IMG/VR virus record: IMGVR_UViG_3300047408_000188
Coordinates: 1 to 52,066 of that record
Reading direction: 5' to 3' (one strand)
Origin: a virus
Lineage: Duplodnaviria > Caudoviricetes
Length of the DNA stretch: 52,066 bases
The position numbers were made by a program, and so were the translations under genes. Position 1 is the stretch's first letter. The number at the start of each line of letters is the position of its first letter. Of the stretch, positions 34,241 to 43,438 are shown in pieces. A model generated the notes under the pieces. It was given only the letters and a program-made list of their open reading frames with translations. It was not told the origin of the DNA and searched no databases.

Positions 34241-34834
34241 ATGGCTTTCGGCTTGCACTTCACGGATACCTGGGCGGGCAGGGTGTTCAGTCAGGCGAAC
34301 ACACCTTTGGGCCTGGCCATCCCCATCTACACGGCCACGACCGTCACGGGTGGTCTGCCGATCCTGAACCCCGCCGGTTCGGGCGTCAACCTGGAACTTA
34401 TCAATTACGACATCCAGTGGGCCTCGGGCACGGCCGCGATTGCCGCGGTGGGATTGATGGTCGGCTTCTGCTCAGGCATCGGCACGGCCACGGGCTGCTC
34501 AGCCCTTGCCGCCACGATTCCGCAGAATTGCAACTTCGCTCTGCAAGGCGGGTCGAAGGTAATGTCGTCCAACGGCGGCGTCACCACGGTCACGGCGGGC
34601 ACGGCCACGGCGCCGGTCAACGGCGTGGCGGGCGCTGGCTGGGTGCGAAACCTTGCGTCGATCAATCTGGAGAACTCGACCACGACTCCGCTGGGCACGG
34701 GCTCTACGAGCTACTGGTTCAACGGGACGGCGCTGGTGCCGCCGGGGATGATCTGCTACATCGCCGCCACGCTCGCCTCGGTGGCCCTGTACGCGACGGG
34801 TGTTTGCTGGAAAGAGATTCCGATCACGAGGTAA
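34241..34834 (+). CDS. Putative virion protein (Gly/Thr/Ala-rich beta)
   Basis: AAGGAG SD. Confidence 0.65.
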   Translation: MAFGLHFTDTWAGRVFSQANTPLGLAIPIYTATTVTGGLPILNPAGSGVNLELINYDIQWASGTAAIAAVGLMVGFCSGIGTATGCSALAATIPQNCNFALQGGSKVMSSNGGVTTVTAGTATAPVNGVAGAGWVRNLASINLENSTTTPLGTGSTSYWFNGTALVPPGMICYIAATLASVALYATGVCWKEIPITR

Positions 34835-34837
34835 GTC

Positions 34838-35086
34838 ATGGCCGACACACGACTGGATATTTCTCCGGCAGTAGACCGCCTGATGTTCGTGGCCGGTTAC
34901 GGGCACCTGATGGGCATTCCCACGCGGCCGGGCGAAACCTCGACGGCGACGACGGGCGTTCCGACCAACGCCGTTGCAGGCTTTGCCAAGGGTGCGATCT
35001 TCCACAACTTCAAGGGTTCGTTGGGAACGCTCCTGTACGTCAACACGGGCACCAACACGTCGGCGACGTGGATCAACATTATCTGA
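34838..35086 (+). CDS. Small virion protein (GVPT...GAIF...LYVNTG...W module)
   Basis: Motif typical of fibre/decoration attachment modules. Confidence 0.7.
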   Translation: MADTRLDISPAVDRLMFVAGYGHLMGIPTRPGETSTATTGVPTNAVAGFAKGAIFHNFKGSLGTLLYVNTGTNTSATWINII

Positions 35087-35098
35087 TCGGAGTCGAGC

Positions 35099-35644
35099 AT
35101 GGCTCTCGGTATGTACCAGACGCTGGTGTCCGCACAGGGCTTCTTGCCGCTCCGTTTGCCGGACTGGCTGCTGGTGGCCTCCAACGACGTGCCGGCCATC
35201 GCCATCGCCTCGGGCAACGGCGGCAAGCTGGGCGTGGACACCTCGCCGAAGCTCAAGCGTGTCTCCACGTCCACCGACAAGGCCCTGAGAATCGAGTGGG
35301 CGTCGTCAACGTCCATCGAAATCTTCCAGCAGGTTTTCTACCCGCCGGACATGGACGTGACGGCGGCGTACACGATCAACTTCCGCATCGCCAAGGACAC
35401 GAACACCGATGCGACCTGCACGTTCACCGTGGGCTGCTTCGAGGGCATCGGCGACACCGACCGCGGCGGGGCGACGGCCGTGCTTGGAGCCTCGGCGGTG
35501 ACGAGCTACAGCCGCTCGATCACGCCAACGACGGCGCATCCGATGTTCGCCGTGTTCACCCTGACGCCGGGCACGCACACGACGGACACGATCTACATGT
35601 ATGAGGCGTACATCCTCTACCAGAAGAAGCTTCTCTCCAGTTGA
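35099..35644 (+). CDS. Putative virion protein
   Basis: GGAG SD; beta-rich. Confidence 0.65.
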   Translation: MALGMYQTLVSAQGFLPLRLPDWLLVASNDVPAIAIASGNGGKLGVDTSPKLKRVSTSTDKALRIEWASSTSIEIFQQVFYPPDMDVTAAYTINFRIAKDTNTDATCTFTVGCFEGIGDTDRGGATAVLGASAVTSYSRSITPTTAHPMFAVFTLTPGTHTTDTIYMYEAYILYQKKLLSS

Positions 35645-35660
35645 TCCCCAAGGAGCCATC

Positions 35661-35969
35661 ATGAGCGACGAACCCGTGCGAGCCCAGATTGGCGGCCGGC
35701 CCGATCAGGACGCCAAGAAACTACCCACCATCCTCGTCGGCTGGGATGAAGCGAACCAGAAGGTGGTCTTGCAGTTCGTGTCGAGCCAGTTCAAGGAGTT
35801 CCCGTTCCTCAAGGCCGTCTTGCAGATGGCGGTGGGGGAAGTCGATCAAGCCTGGGAGCAAATGAAGATCATGGCCACGATGGAAGGGATGCGGGCGGTA
35901 CAGCACCAGGCTGTGGCGGCACAGGCGAACGAACAGAACATTCGGCGGCAACTTCAAAAGGGATCGTGA
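35661..35969 (+). CDS. Hypothetical protein
   Basis: AAGGAG SD. Confidence 0.65.
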   Translation: MSDEPVRAQIGGRPDQDAKKLPTILVGWDEANQKVVLQFVSSQFKEFPFLKAVLQMAVGEVDQAWEQMKIMATMEGMRAVQHQAVAAQANEQNIRRQLQKGS

Positions 35970-35974
35970 GGGAG

Positions 35975-36067
35975 TCCTGAGGCGTCCGTTTTATTCGGCT
36001 CCACCGGGATCGCGGACGCTTATCGGGAGTGAGCCGCCGGGATGCGCCCCGGCGGCTCTTGTTGTTT
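35975..36067 (+). terminator. CUCCA-loop hairpin followed by an intrinsic terminator
   Basis: Long stem at 35975-36028, then GAGCCGCCGGG/CCCGGCGGCTC followed by TTGTTGTTT. Confidence 0.65.
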
Positions 36068-36083
36068 GAGGAGGACAGACCTG

Positions 36084-36254
36084 ATGACGAACGAGCCAGA
36101 TGATTCCTTGGGGCATTTCCCGCAGGCCGTACTCAACTACGGAGAGTATCTGGTGGCTTATTCCGGCTGGGTCGAATCCGACGTTGCCCGGCTGCACGGC
36201 CAGGCCGAGGCCACGCCTGCGGCCGAACAGACCAAGACGTTGCCAGACCTGTGA
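36084..36254 (+). CDS. Hypothetical protein
   Basis: GAGGAGG SD. Confidence 0.5.
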   Translation: MTNEPDDSLGHFPQAVLNYGEYLVAYSGWVESDVARLHGQAEATPAAEQTKTLPDL

Positions 36255-36263
36255 GAGGGGACC

Positions 36264-37481
36264 ATGCCGGACAAGGAAACCTTCACCGATATGAGCTTCC
36301 CCGAGCAGGGGCTGGACCTCAGCCACGGCTTTGGGATGCAGATGCCAGGCACGACGCCCGTTGGTAACAACGTGCGGACCTACGATCCGGGGCAGGACCG
36401 GGCCCGAGGCGGGTCACGAGCCGGGCTGGTGAAGTTCACGGGGCGGCTCCCGACGAACGGGCTGGTGCAACACCTGAACATCGTGGTGGACGTGAGCCCC
36501 GAGGCCCTCTTGGACGACTTCGACAGTACGGCCGATTTTGGCGAAGGGGGCTCGTCGTCGGGCGAGGAGTTTGACGGCTCGCTCGATGAAAGCTCGCCCG
36601 GCCCCGAGGACATCTGGGGCAACGACATTGAGTACGAGACCGACCAGAACGGGCATCGCACGCGCCGTATCATCCGCATCACTCGTCGGCAGTCCCGCGT
36701 CCCCAGGCGATACATTCGCCACGGCGGCACGGGACGCCAGCCGAACAAGAACACGCGGAACCATACGCCGCCCAAGCAGACCAAACAGCATCCGCCGCTG
36801 GTCATTCACTTCGTGCAGGTCACGACCCAGACGGACGATGACAACAGCAACACCCTTCCAGCGCCCATGCCGCAGAACGTGACGGCTGGCAATCTGTTGG
36901 TAGCGGTGATTAGCTCGGGGGCGCGTGGCGAAGTCGGCCCGATCAGTTTCTCGCTCTCCGACTCCCAGGGAAACGCCTGGCACCAGATTGGTAGTTACGT
37001 CCGTCATGCCGCGTCGGACCCGATCCTTGACCGGGCAACGGGTCTCTCGATCTGGTACACGATTGCCGGTTCCTCCGATCAATGCACTCTTACCTGGACG
37101 CCAAGCCCCGCCTTGGGGCCTGCGCCCAACTCGGGGGACAAAGGTTCGGCCGCACTGGAGTTCATGGAATTCGACACCGTGAAGCCGACGCCACTTGATG
37201 GCACCCAGAGCAACACGGGGAACATACAAATCGGCGGCACCACGATTAGCACCGGATCGGTTCCTGTGTCGGGGGCAGGGCGGTTGGTAGTAGCGGCCTT
37301 CGCATCCGAGGGGCAAGCCGTTCTGGGCTTGGATTACACCGCTCCCGCGGACTTCACGGCACTGACCTACTCGATGTACAAGATCGGCTTGTCGGCCGCG
37401 AGGGCGGTGGTAGCCGACGTGCAGGTGGGCATCGACAACTGGTGCGGCATGGGGGCTTCCTTCAAACCGAAGACGAAGTAA
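36264..37481 (+). CDS. Tail protein: nozzle-type N-terminal module, linker and beta-sandwich adhesin-like domain
   Basis: N-terminus paralogous to 37481-37762; C-terminal VTAGNLLVAVI...SDSQGNAW...LSIWY. Confidence 0.7.
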   Translation: MPDKETFTDMSFPEQGLDLSHGFGMQMPGTTPVGNNVRTYDPGQDRARGGSRAGLVKFTGRLPTNGLVQHLNIVVDVSPEALLDDFDSTADFGEGGSSSGEEFDGSLDESSPGPEDIWGNDIEYETDQNGHRTRRIIRITRRQSRVPRRYIRHGGTGRQPNKNTRNHTPPKQTKQHPPLVIHFVQVTTQTDDDNSNTLPAPMPQNVTAGNLLVAVISSGARGEVGPISFSLSDSQGNAWHQIGSYVRHAASDPILDRATGLSIWYTIAGSSDQCTLTWTPSPALGPAPNSGDKGSAALEFMEFDTVKPTPLDGTQSNTGNIQIGGTTISTGSVPVSGAGRLVVAAFASEGQAVLGLDYTAPADFTALTYSMYKIGLSAARAVVADVQVGIDNWCGMGASFKPKTK

Positions 37482-37762
37482 TGCCTGACAAAGAAGGCTT
37501 CTCTGATCTCCACTTCCCAGCGGCCGGGCTGGACCTGTCCGACGCCTTCTCGACCCAGAAGCCTCGTCAGTTGCCGGACGGGCAGTATTACCGCTCGACG
37601 CCGATTGCCCAGAACGTGCGGGCCTATGACCCAGTGACGGATCGGCTGCGCGGGGCCAGTCGGCCGGGATTGGCGAAGTACCTGCCGGCAGCGGTTGTGG
37701 AGGCGTGGATCGTGCAGGAGTTGGCCGTCATTGTCACCGTGGCCCCGGAGGCTCAGGCATGA
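37481..37762 (+). CDS. Stand-alone nozzle N-terminal module
   Basis: TAATG coupling; FPAAGLDLS...QNVRAYDP...RGASRPGLAKY. Confidence 0.7.
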   Translation: MPDKEGFSDLHFPAAGLDLSDAFSTQKPRQLPDGQYYRSTPIAQNVRAYDPVTDRLRGASRPGLAKYLPAAVVEAWIVQELAVIVTVAPEAQA

Positions 37763-39120
37763 CGTTCCAACTGAGCCAGGCCGGGCGCGTCGTAACCCTT
37801 GTGGCTGTATCGCAGGGAAATGTGTACTACTGCTACCCCGGCGACACCACCTGGACCCTGGCCATCAACAACACCGGCAACATGCCGCCGCTGAACTTCA
37901 CCGGCATCATGTTCTCGGCCGCGAACAGTCAGAAGCTCTGGTTTGCCGATGGCGTGAACTGGATTTACTTCAACCCGTTGACCACCAGCGTAGAAACGTG
38001 GTCGGCATCGGCCGGTTCCCTGCCCGTGGACTCGCTCAACAACACGCCACGGTTGATCTGTACCTGGCGGGGCCGGACGGTACTCTCGGGCCTGATCTAC
38101 GACCCCTCGAACATATTCTTCTCGAAGACCAACGACCCGACCAACTTTGACTACTTCCCCACCGAGGTAGTGGATGGCGTCACCATCAACGCGACTTCGC
38201 CCACGCAGGCGCTGGCCTTGAACGTGGGACCGCAGGGGCTCGTGGGCGATGACATCGTGACCAGCCTCGTTCCCTACAGTGACGACATCCTGGTGATCGG
38301 CGGGGACCATTCCATTCGGATGCTGGCCGGCGATCCGATGGAGAACGGGCACATTGACCTGGTATCCGACGTGATCGGCATGGCCTGGGGGCAGGCGTGG
38401 TGCAAAGACCCCTACGGCACGCTGTACTTCGTCTCGAACAAGATGGGCATGTACACCTTGGTCCCCGGCCAGAAGCCCGTGCGGATCAGTCAGCCAGTGG
38501 AGCAAGTCCTTCAACTGGTGGACACGGGCAACACGACCATCCGTCTGATCTGGAACGACAAGTTTCAGGGCCTGCACGTCTTCCTCAGTCCTACCGATGA
38601 GCCTGCCGAATCGACACATCTGTTCTGGGAGCAGCGCAGCGGATCGTGGTTCACGGACCAGTTGGCCTCGCCCAACTTCGATCCGCTCTGCTGCTGTATC
38701 TTCGACGGCAACCTGCCGGATGATCGGACGGTACTCATTGGCTCGTGGGACGGCTTCATTCGCACGTTCAAGGCCAGTGCAGTAAACGATGACGGCTTGC
38801 CGTTTGAGAGCGACGTGGTGATTGGGCCGCTCCTGACGCAGAACCTGGACGAAATCTTGTTGAAAGACATTCAGGGCATCCTCGCGGAAACGTCGGGGGA
38901 CGTGACCTACTCGGTTTACACCGGCACGACGGCCGAATTGGCTCTGTCGAGCGAGCCTGTGGACTCGGGGACGTGGGAGGCGGGTCGGAACTCGTTGAGT
39001 ACGATCCGGGTCGCTGGCTATGCTGTGTATGTGCGGCTGACGAGTACCAATCAGTGGGCGATGGAAGCGGTTCGGGCACGCATCGCGACCGAGGGCAAGG
39101 TGAGGAGGCGCGGCACATGA
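37759..39120 (+). CDS. Tail nozzle/stabilisation protein (P22 gp10/T7 gp12-like beta-propeller), lacking its N-terminus
   Basis: LICTWRGRTVL...IFFSKTNDPTNFD...LYFVSNKMGMY blades; GGAGG SD. Confidence 0.7.
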   Translation: MTFQLSQAGRVVTLVAVSQGNVYYCYPGDTTWTLAINNTGNMPPLNFTGIMFSAANSQKLWFADGVNWIYFNPLTTSVETWSASAGSLPVDSLNNTPRLICTWRGRTVLSGLIYDPSNIFFSKTNDPTNFDYFPTEVVDGVTINATSPTQALALNVGPQGLVGDDIVTSLVPYSDDILVIGGDHSIRMLAGDPMENGHIDLVSDVIGMAWGQAWCKDPYGTLYFVSNKMGMYTLVPGQKPVRISQPVEQVLQLVDTGNTTIRLIWNDKFQGLHVFLSPTDEPAESTHLFWEQRSGSWFTDQLASPNFDPLCCCIFDGNLPDDRTVLIGSWDGFIRTFKASAVNDDGLPFESDVVIGPLLTQNLDEILLKDIQGILAETSGDVTYSVYTGTTAELALSSEPVDSGTWEAGRNSLSTIRVAGYAVYVRLTSTNQWAMEAVRARIATEGKVRRRGT

Positions 39121-39341
39121 CAGCACGGGAAAGGGCTGAGAAGGTTGCCAGGGCCTACGAAAACTGTGAATGGATTGCCGGTACTGCTTTGCCGGACGCT
39201 GTGCGCAATTTGGTAGAAGATGCCATTCTGCAAGCCGAACGCGACATGAAGGAGCGGTGTGCGAAGGTGGTTGAGCAAGAATACTTCCTTGACGGTTTTC
39301 ACCGCCAGCGATTAGCTGCGGCCATCCGCGACCTGGAGTAA
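39117..39341 (+). CDS. Small helical protein (MTARERAEK...AAAIR)
   Basis: ATGA coupling; GAGGAGG SD. Confidence 0.65.
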   Translation: MTARERAEKVARAYENCEWIAGTALPDAVRNLVEDAILQAERDMKERCAKVVEQEYFLDGFHRQRLAAAIRDLE

Positions 39342-39344
39342 ACT

Positions 39345-40985
39345 ATGCCGCAGAAGGGGCTTCCCCAAGGGCCGGGACTCCAGCAGACCGGGCAAGCCGG
39401 CACGCAGCCGTTCTTGCCGCTCGGCTTCGCCCCACGCGCCGCCCAAGGGCCAAGTTCAGGAGGACCACAGATGCCGTCTTTTGGTGGAGGACTCGGAGCG
39501 CCGCAGGGCGGCGGCAACCTGGTAGGCCAAAGCGATGCCGGCATGGGCTCGTCAAGCAATGTCGGGCAGTCCCAAAGCCAGAGCCAGACGCAAATCGTGC
39601 CGGGCATGTTGGACGTTTACAACCAACTGCTCGGACTCAACAGCCAGAACTACGGCAACATCCTCGGCGCTTACGGGCAGGGCCAGTCCAACCTGACGGC
39701 GACCTTGCCTTCGATCTATCAGGGTTACGGGGACATAAAAAATGAGGTCATGGGTACGCTCGGAGTCGGGGCTGGCGCTCCTGGGGGCGAGGGACATTGG
39801 GGCGTTGCGGCGCCGGCAGCACAAGCCATTGCCCAGTCCTACGCCACCCAGCGCGGCAATACCGACCAGCAGCTCATCAACTCAGGACTCGGTAACTCTA
39901 CCATTCGTGCTGGAGCCCAGAATGCTAACGCTCTCGGGGCTGCTCAAGCTTATGGAGGGCTTGGAGCGCAGTTAGCCCAGACGGCAGCCGGCTATCAGGC
40001 TCAGCTTGGCCTTGCCGGTCAAGCCGCCCAGATGCAGGGCCTGGGGATGCAGACCGGGCTCACCCAAGCCTATCTGGGCGATCTGGCGGGCTATGGCGGC
40101 TTCGCGAACAAGGCCGGCTCGCTCACCGGCCAGTTTTCCACGGGAACGAGCCAGCAGCAGGGTTCCAGTTCTCAGCGGGGCGGCTCGGGCGGCGGCAATG
40201 GTGCGGGTCGCGGACAGAGCGGCGGCGCCCCGGCTGGACACATCCCGTTCGGCGGTGCTGCGGACAATCAGGGCCAGTCGGGACGGATCAATCAAGTGGG
40301 CCAGCCAACGGGACTCGGGGCCTCTGGGGGCACGGGCGGGATGCAGTTCGGCGGCGCGCCGGGGCAGAGCCTCACCTACGGCGGGGCGCTCCAGGCTCCC
40401 CGGCCGGGCGGGGCCGTTCAGTGGGGCGGCAACGCTCCCGCGGGCAATCCCTACGGGGGCACCACGGGCTCGGGCGGCGGCATGGGCACCACGCCCAGCG
40501 CAACCAACCCCTACGGCCTGCAAAGCGGCTGGGGGCAGGGCGGCGGCAATCCCACGGGGCTGAGCGGTTCGGCGGGCGGCGTGGCGGGAGCAAACACGGC
40601 GGGCTTTGCACCGGGTTATTTTGGCCAAGGGCAAGGCGGCGAGCAGACGACCTTTGTTGACGAGAACGGGACGACTTGGGACGCCAGCGGCACCAGCATG
40701 TGGCCGGACGGCAGCGTGTACGACTCCTCCGGCAATTACCTCGGCACGCTGGGCGACAACAGCCTCACGGGCCAAGCAGGCGGCTTGCAGGGCGGTTTCT
40801 GGCAAGACCCGAACCAGTACGTCGGGGAGGAAGTTATCAGTCAAGGCGGCTACGGCGACAGCCAGGACTACGCCAACGACTACAGCGACCTCTTCGGCTA
40901 CGGCGACACTTCCACGACCGACACGTCCGGCTATGGCTGGGACTACGGCGGCGATTACACGGACTACAGCGACATCTTCGAGTAA
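39345..40985 (+). CDS. Gly/Gln-rich ejection (pilot) protein with an acidic Tyr-rich tail
   Basis: Position after the nozzle; LINSGLGNSTI segment; low complexity. Confidence 0.65.
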   Translation: MPQKGLPQGPGLQQTGQAGTQPFLPLGFAPRAAQGPSSGGPQMPSFGGGLGAPQGGGNLVGQSDAGMGSSSNVGQSQSQSQTQIVPGMLDVYNQLLGLNSQNYGNILGAYGQGQSNLTATLPSIYQGYGDIKNEVMGTLGVGAGAPGGEGHWGVAAPAAQAIAQSYATQRGNTDQQLINSGLGNSTIRAGAQNANALGAAQAYGGLGAQLAQTAAGYQAQLGLAGQAAQMQGLGMQTGLTQAYLGDLAGYGGFANKAGSLTGQFSTGTSQQQGSSSQRGGSGGGNGAGRGQSGGAPAGHIPFGGAADNQGQSGRINQVGQPTGLGASGGTGGMQFGGAPGQSLTYGGALQAPRPGGAVQWGGNAPAGNPYGGTTGSGGGMGTTPSATNPYGLQSGWGQGGGNPTGLSGSAGGVAGANTAGFAPGYFGQGQGGEQTTFVDENGTTWDASGTSMWPDGSVYDSSGNYLGTLGDNSLTGQAGGLQGGFWQDPNQYVGEEVISQGGYGDSQDYANDYSDLFGYGDTSTTDTSGYGWDYGGDYTDYSDIFE

Positions 40986-40996
40986 AGGGGACAGGA

Positions 40997-41602
40997 ATGT
41001 CGAGCCAGACTGGAACCTATTGCGAAGCGACGTTCACGAACATCGCCGACTACACGGCGCTCGCATCCTCGAATGTGGAGGCCACGCTGCTCACGCCGGT
41101 CTCGCCGGACGTGACCCGGCAGCCGACCTTTTTCCCATCTTTCTGGGCCGGCAATCAGGGCATCGGCCGCATGTTCACGATTCGAGGCGGCGGCGTGTTT
41201 TCGACCACAGCCACGCCGACGATGATCTTCCAGTTCCGCCTGAGTCCAACGGTGGGGGTGACGACACTCTCCGGTGCTTCCGTCGGCATCACGGCGGGGA
41301 TCGTCACGGCGAGCGGCATCACCAACAAGTGGTTCTGGTTTGAACTCGACATGGTGTGCCGGATCTCGGGGCAGGGTGCCAGCAAGACGACGCTCTCGGG
41401 TACGGGATTCATCCAGAGCCCCGGCGGGTTCGCCACGCCGTTCCTTTACCCGATCGAGCCGACGACGCCCGACACGGCGACCTGGACCCAGACCGTCGAT
41501 TCGTCCGTTGCCAACTACCTGAACGTGAGTCTTACGTGGTCGGCGTCCTCATCGAGCAACACTTGCCAGTTGAAGCATCTCGCGGTCATTGGTTGGAACT
41601 GA
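40997..41602 (+). CDS. Virion beta-sandwich protein resembling the fibre C-terminal domain
   Basis: Pattern similar to the last ~150 aa of 43439-45073. Confidence 0.65.
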   Translation: MSSQTGTYCEATFTNIADYTALASSNVEATLLTPVSPDVTRQPTFFPSFWAGNQGIGRMFTIRGGGVFSTTATPTMIFQFRLSPTVGVTTLSGASVGITAGIVTASGITNKWFWFELDMVCRISGQGASKTTLSGTGFIQSPGGFATPFLYPIEPTTPDTATWTQTVDSSVANYLNVSLTWSASSSSNTCQLKHLAVIGWN

Positions 41603-41603
41603 G

Positions 41604-42047
41604 ATGGACCCACGCAAGCTCTTTGGCGGCTGGCCGGTCCCCCTCGGGCCGCTCTCGGTGCCGCAGATCGACGTGGCGGTGCCGCCGTCGCCCACGTTCA
41701 CGATGTATGCCGAGGCCCGCGCCGGCGCGCCGCTCTTTCTGCCGCCCTTCGTCCGGGGCGGGCCGCCGCACACGGCCGAGAACTTTCGCGGCCAGGCTCC
41801 TCCGGCGCCGGTGCCGACTGGCCGGACCATCCGGTCCAAGGGCTACCTGCCGCGGTGCCCGCAGCCGGGCGAGAAGGACTTCGAGCGCCGCATGGCCTCG
41901 TTCACCGAGAAACTCAGCATGATCGTCAACAGCCTGATCGGGCAGGGCATCCTGGTGCAGACGGGGCCGAGTGAGTGGACGATCGACGCCGGCGCGGCGT
42001 TGGTGATTACGACGGGCGGGGGCGGTTTGACGGGGACGTTTCCGTAG
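41604..42047 (+). CDS. Putative tail-associated protein
   Basis: Packed ORF; Pro-rich N-terminus and helical C-terminus. Confidence 0.6.
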   Translation: MDPRKLFGGWPVPLGPLSVPQIDVAVPPSPTFTMYAEARAGAPLFLPPFVRGGPPHTAENFRGQAPPAPVPTGRTIRSKGYLPRCPQPGEKDFERRMASFTEKLSMIVNSLIGQGILVQTGPSEWTIDAGAALVITTGGGGLTGTFP

Positions 42048-42087
42048 GGGATGATATCAGCACCCTTTGCCCTTACGGAGACGCATT

Positions 42088-42303
42088 ATGGACCTTGAAA
42101 AGCTTGAATGGACGAAAGAGCCGCCGTCAAACAAAGGCATGTACTGGTGGCGGCATATTAGCACCGGCGAACCGACGCTCTTGGCTGTCACTGGTCCAGG
42201 GCTATGTGTTCCAGTGCTGGATGATCCGTCCTTGACGAGATGCGGTGAGGAAAGCTTCCCCAAAGGCGGAGAGTGGGCCAAGGCAGAGAGGCTGCCGGAC
42301 TAG
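42088..42303 (+). CDS. Small Trp-rich protein (WTKEPP...GMYWW), paralogue of the early genes at 596-1097
   Basis: Shared motif; GGAG SD. Confidence 0.7.
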   Translation: MDLEKLEWTKEPPSNKGMYWWRHISTGEPTLLAVTGPGLCVPVLDDPSLTRCGEESFPKGGEWAKAERLPD

Positions 42304-42330
42304 CTTTAGGAATCGTTCAGGGTTGCGACT

Positions 42331-43428
42331 ATGCCGAACGCGATGAATCCGCCGCAACCACCGGGCAACAACCCTACGCCGCCGACGCTCGGAATTAGCG
42401 CAGGCGGCCAGACTCCCGGCAACCTCACGCCGCCTACCGTTGGTGTGCAGACCGGAGGAGGGATAGGTGCCGGCGTGCCCCTGCCGGTTCCTGGTCCGCT
42501 CACTCAACATCCGAGTGTCAATATCGGCTCCGGCGGCCTGCCGATGATTATGGAGCCCGAGCAGCCTCCAGTGCCGGCAATCAATCAGGGAACTGGAGTT
42601 GCCAAACCGCCTATTCTGGCAAACCCAAATTACAATCCGTACCGGCCGATCTCGGTAGCGAACTTGCCCTACATTATCGAGCCTGGCACAGAGATTACTT
42701 TGTCGCCAGGAAACGCGAATGCTGTTCTTGGTCCACCACCGGCGGGCGCAGGCAATATGGGGGTGGAAGCAAGTGGTGGCTTCGAGGGCGGCCCTCTCTC
42801 CGTCCGGCCTGGTCCGCTTTTGCCGCGACCCGCTCAAGACCCAATCCCAGTGACCACGCCCCCGCCGAGTTCTAAGCCGACCACAGTAGCCACGAGACCC
42901 GTACCCACAGAGCCAATCAGACCCGTTTCCGTGCCCACAATACGCCCCAGCATCCCAGCAAACATAGCCGCGCTCATCACCCAATATCTTGATCCACTGC
43001 TTCTCCTGGGACTTGCCCCAGAAATTGCGCTTCAAATCGCTATCGGTCTGGCTCTCGGGACGGCGCTGGAGATTATTTACGACCCGGAGGCTATTGAAGC
43101 GTCAAGGCCTGGCATGATTCCGCTGCATCCGACTTCGACGCCCCAGACACCCTATGATCCTGTCTGGCTGCAACAACTCGCCGCGCTTGCGGCTGGCGAG
43201 CCGTATCCATACTTGCCAGACAGGCCGACAGGACAGCCCTGGTGGGAAGACCCTTTATGGGACACGCCAGAGCCGGACGATCCGAACGACCCGAACGGCA
43301 TGAATCAGGACGACCCGTACTCGCAGTTCAGCAGCGGATTAGACCTGGGCGCCGACCCCTACAGCTACGCCGGGGGCAACGTCACCGTCACCGCCTCGCC
43401 CCCTGGGGCCAGCGGAGTGCCAAAGTGA
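42331..43428 (+). CDS. Pro-rich disordered protein with an internal hydrophobic segment
   Basis: 365-aa ORF; LDPLLLLGLAPEIALQIAIGLALGTAL. Confidence 0.6.
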   Translation: MPNAMNPPQPPGNNPTPPTLGISAGGQTPGNLTPPTVGVQTGGGIGAGVPLPVPGPLTQHPSVNIGSGGLPMIMEPEQPPVPAINQGTGVAKPPILANPNYNPYRPISVANLPYIIEPGTEITLSPGNANAVLGPPPAGAGNMGVEASGGFEGGPLSVRPGPLLPRPAQDPIPVTTPPPSSKPTTVATRPVPTEPIRPVSVPTIRPSIPANIAALITQYLDPLLLLGLAPEIALQIAIGLALGTALEIIYDPEAIEASRPGMIPLHPTSTPQTPYDPVWLQQLAALAAGEPYPYLPDRPTGQPWWEDPLWDTPEPDDPNDPNGMNQDDPYSQFSSGLDLGADPYSYAGGNVTVTASPPGASGVPK

Positions 43429-43438
43429 GGAGGCCGGG

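Noticed and set aside
27875-36036. 12-mer GGGAGTGAGCCG at 27875 and 36025 as a separate operator
   Set aside because: GGAGTGAG is this phage's common SD context (also before 22304, 31060 and 32023), so it has weak independent significance.
37753-39126. Long minus-strand ORFs opposite structural genes (also 19812-20822, 25618-26766, 28638-29519, 43985-45112)
   Set aside because: These are codon-register antisense shadows expected in GC-rich genes. They have no motifs, SD or operon coupling, unlike 11254-12978.
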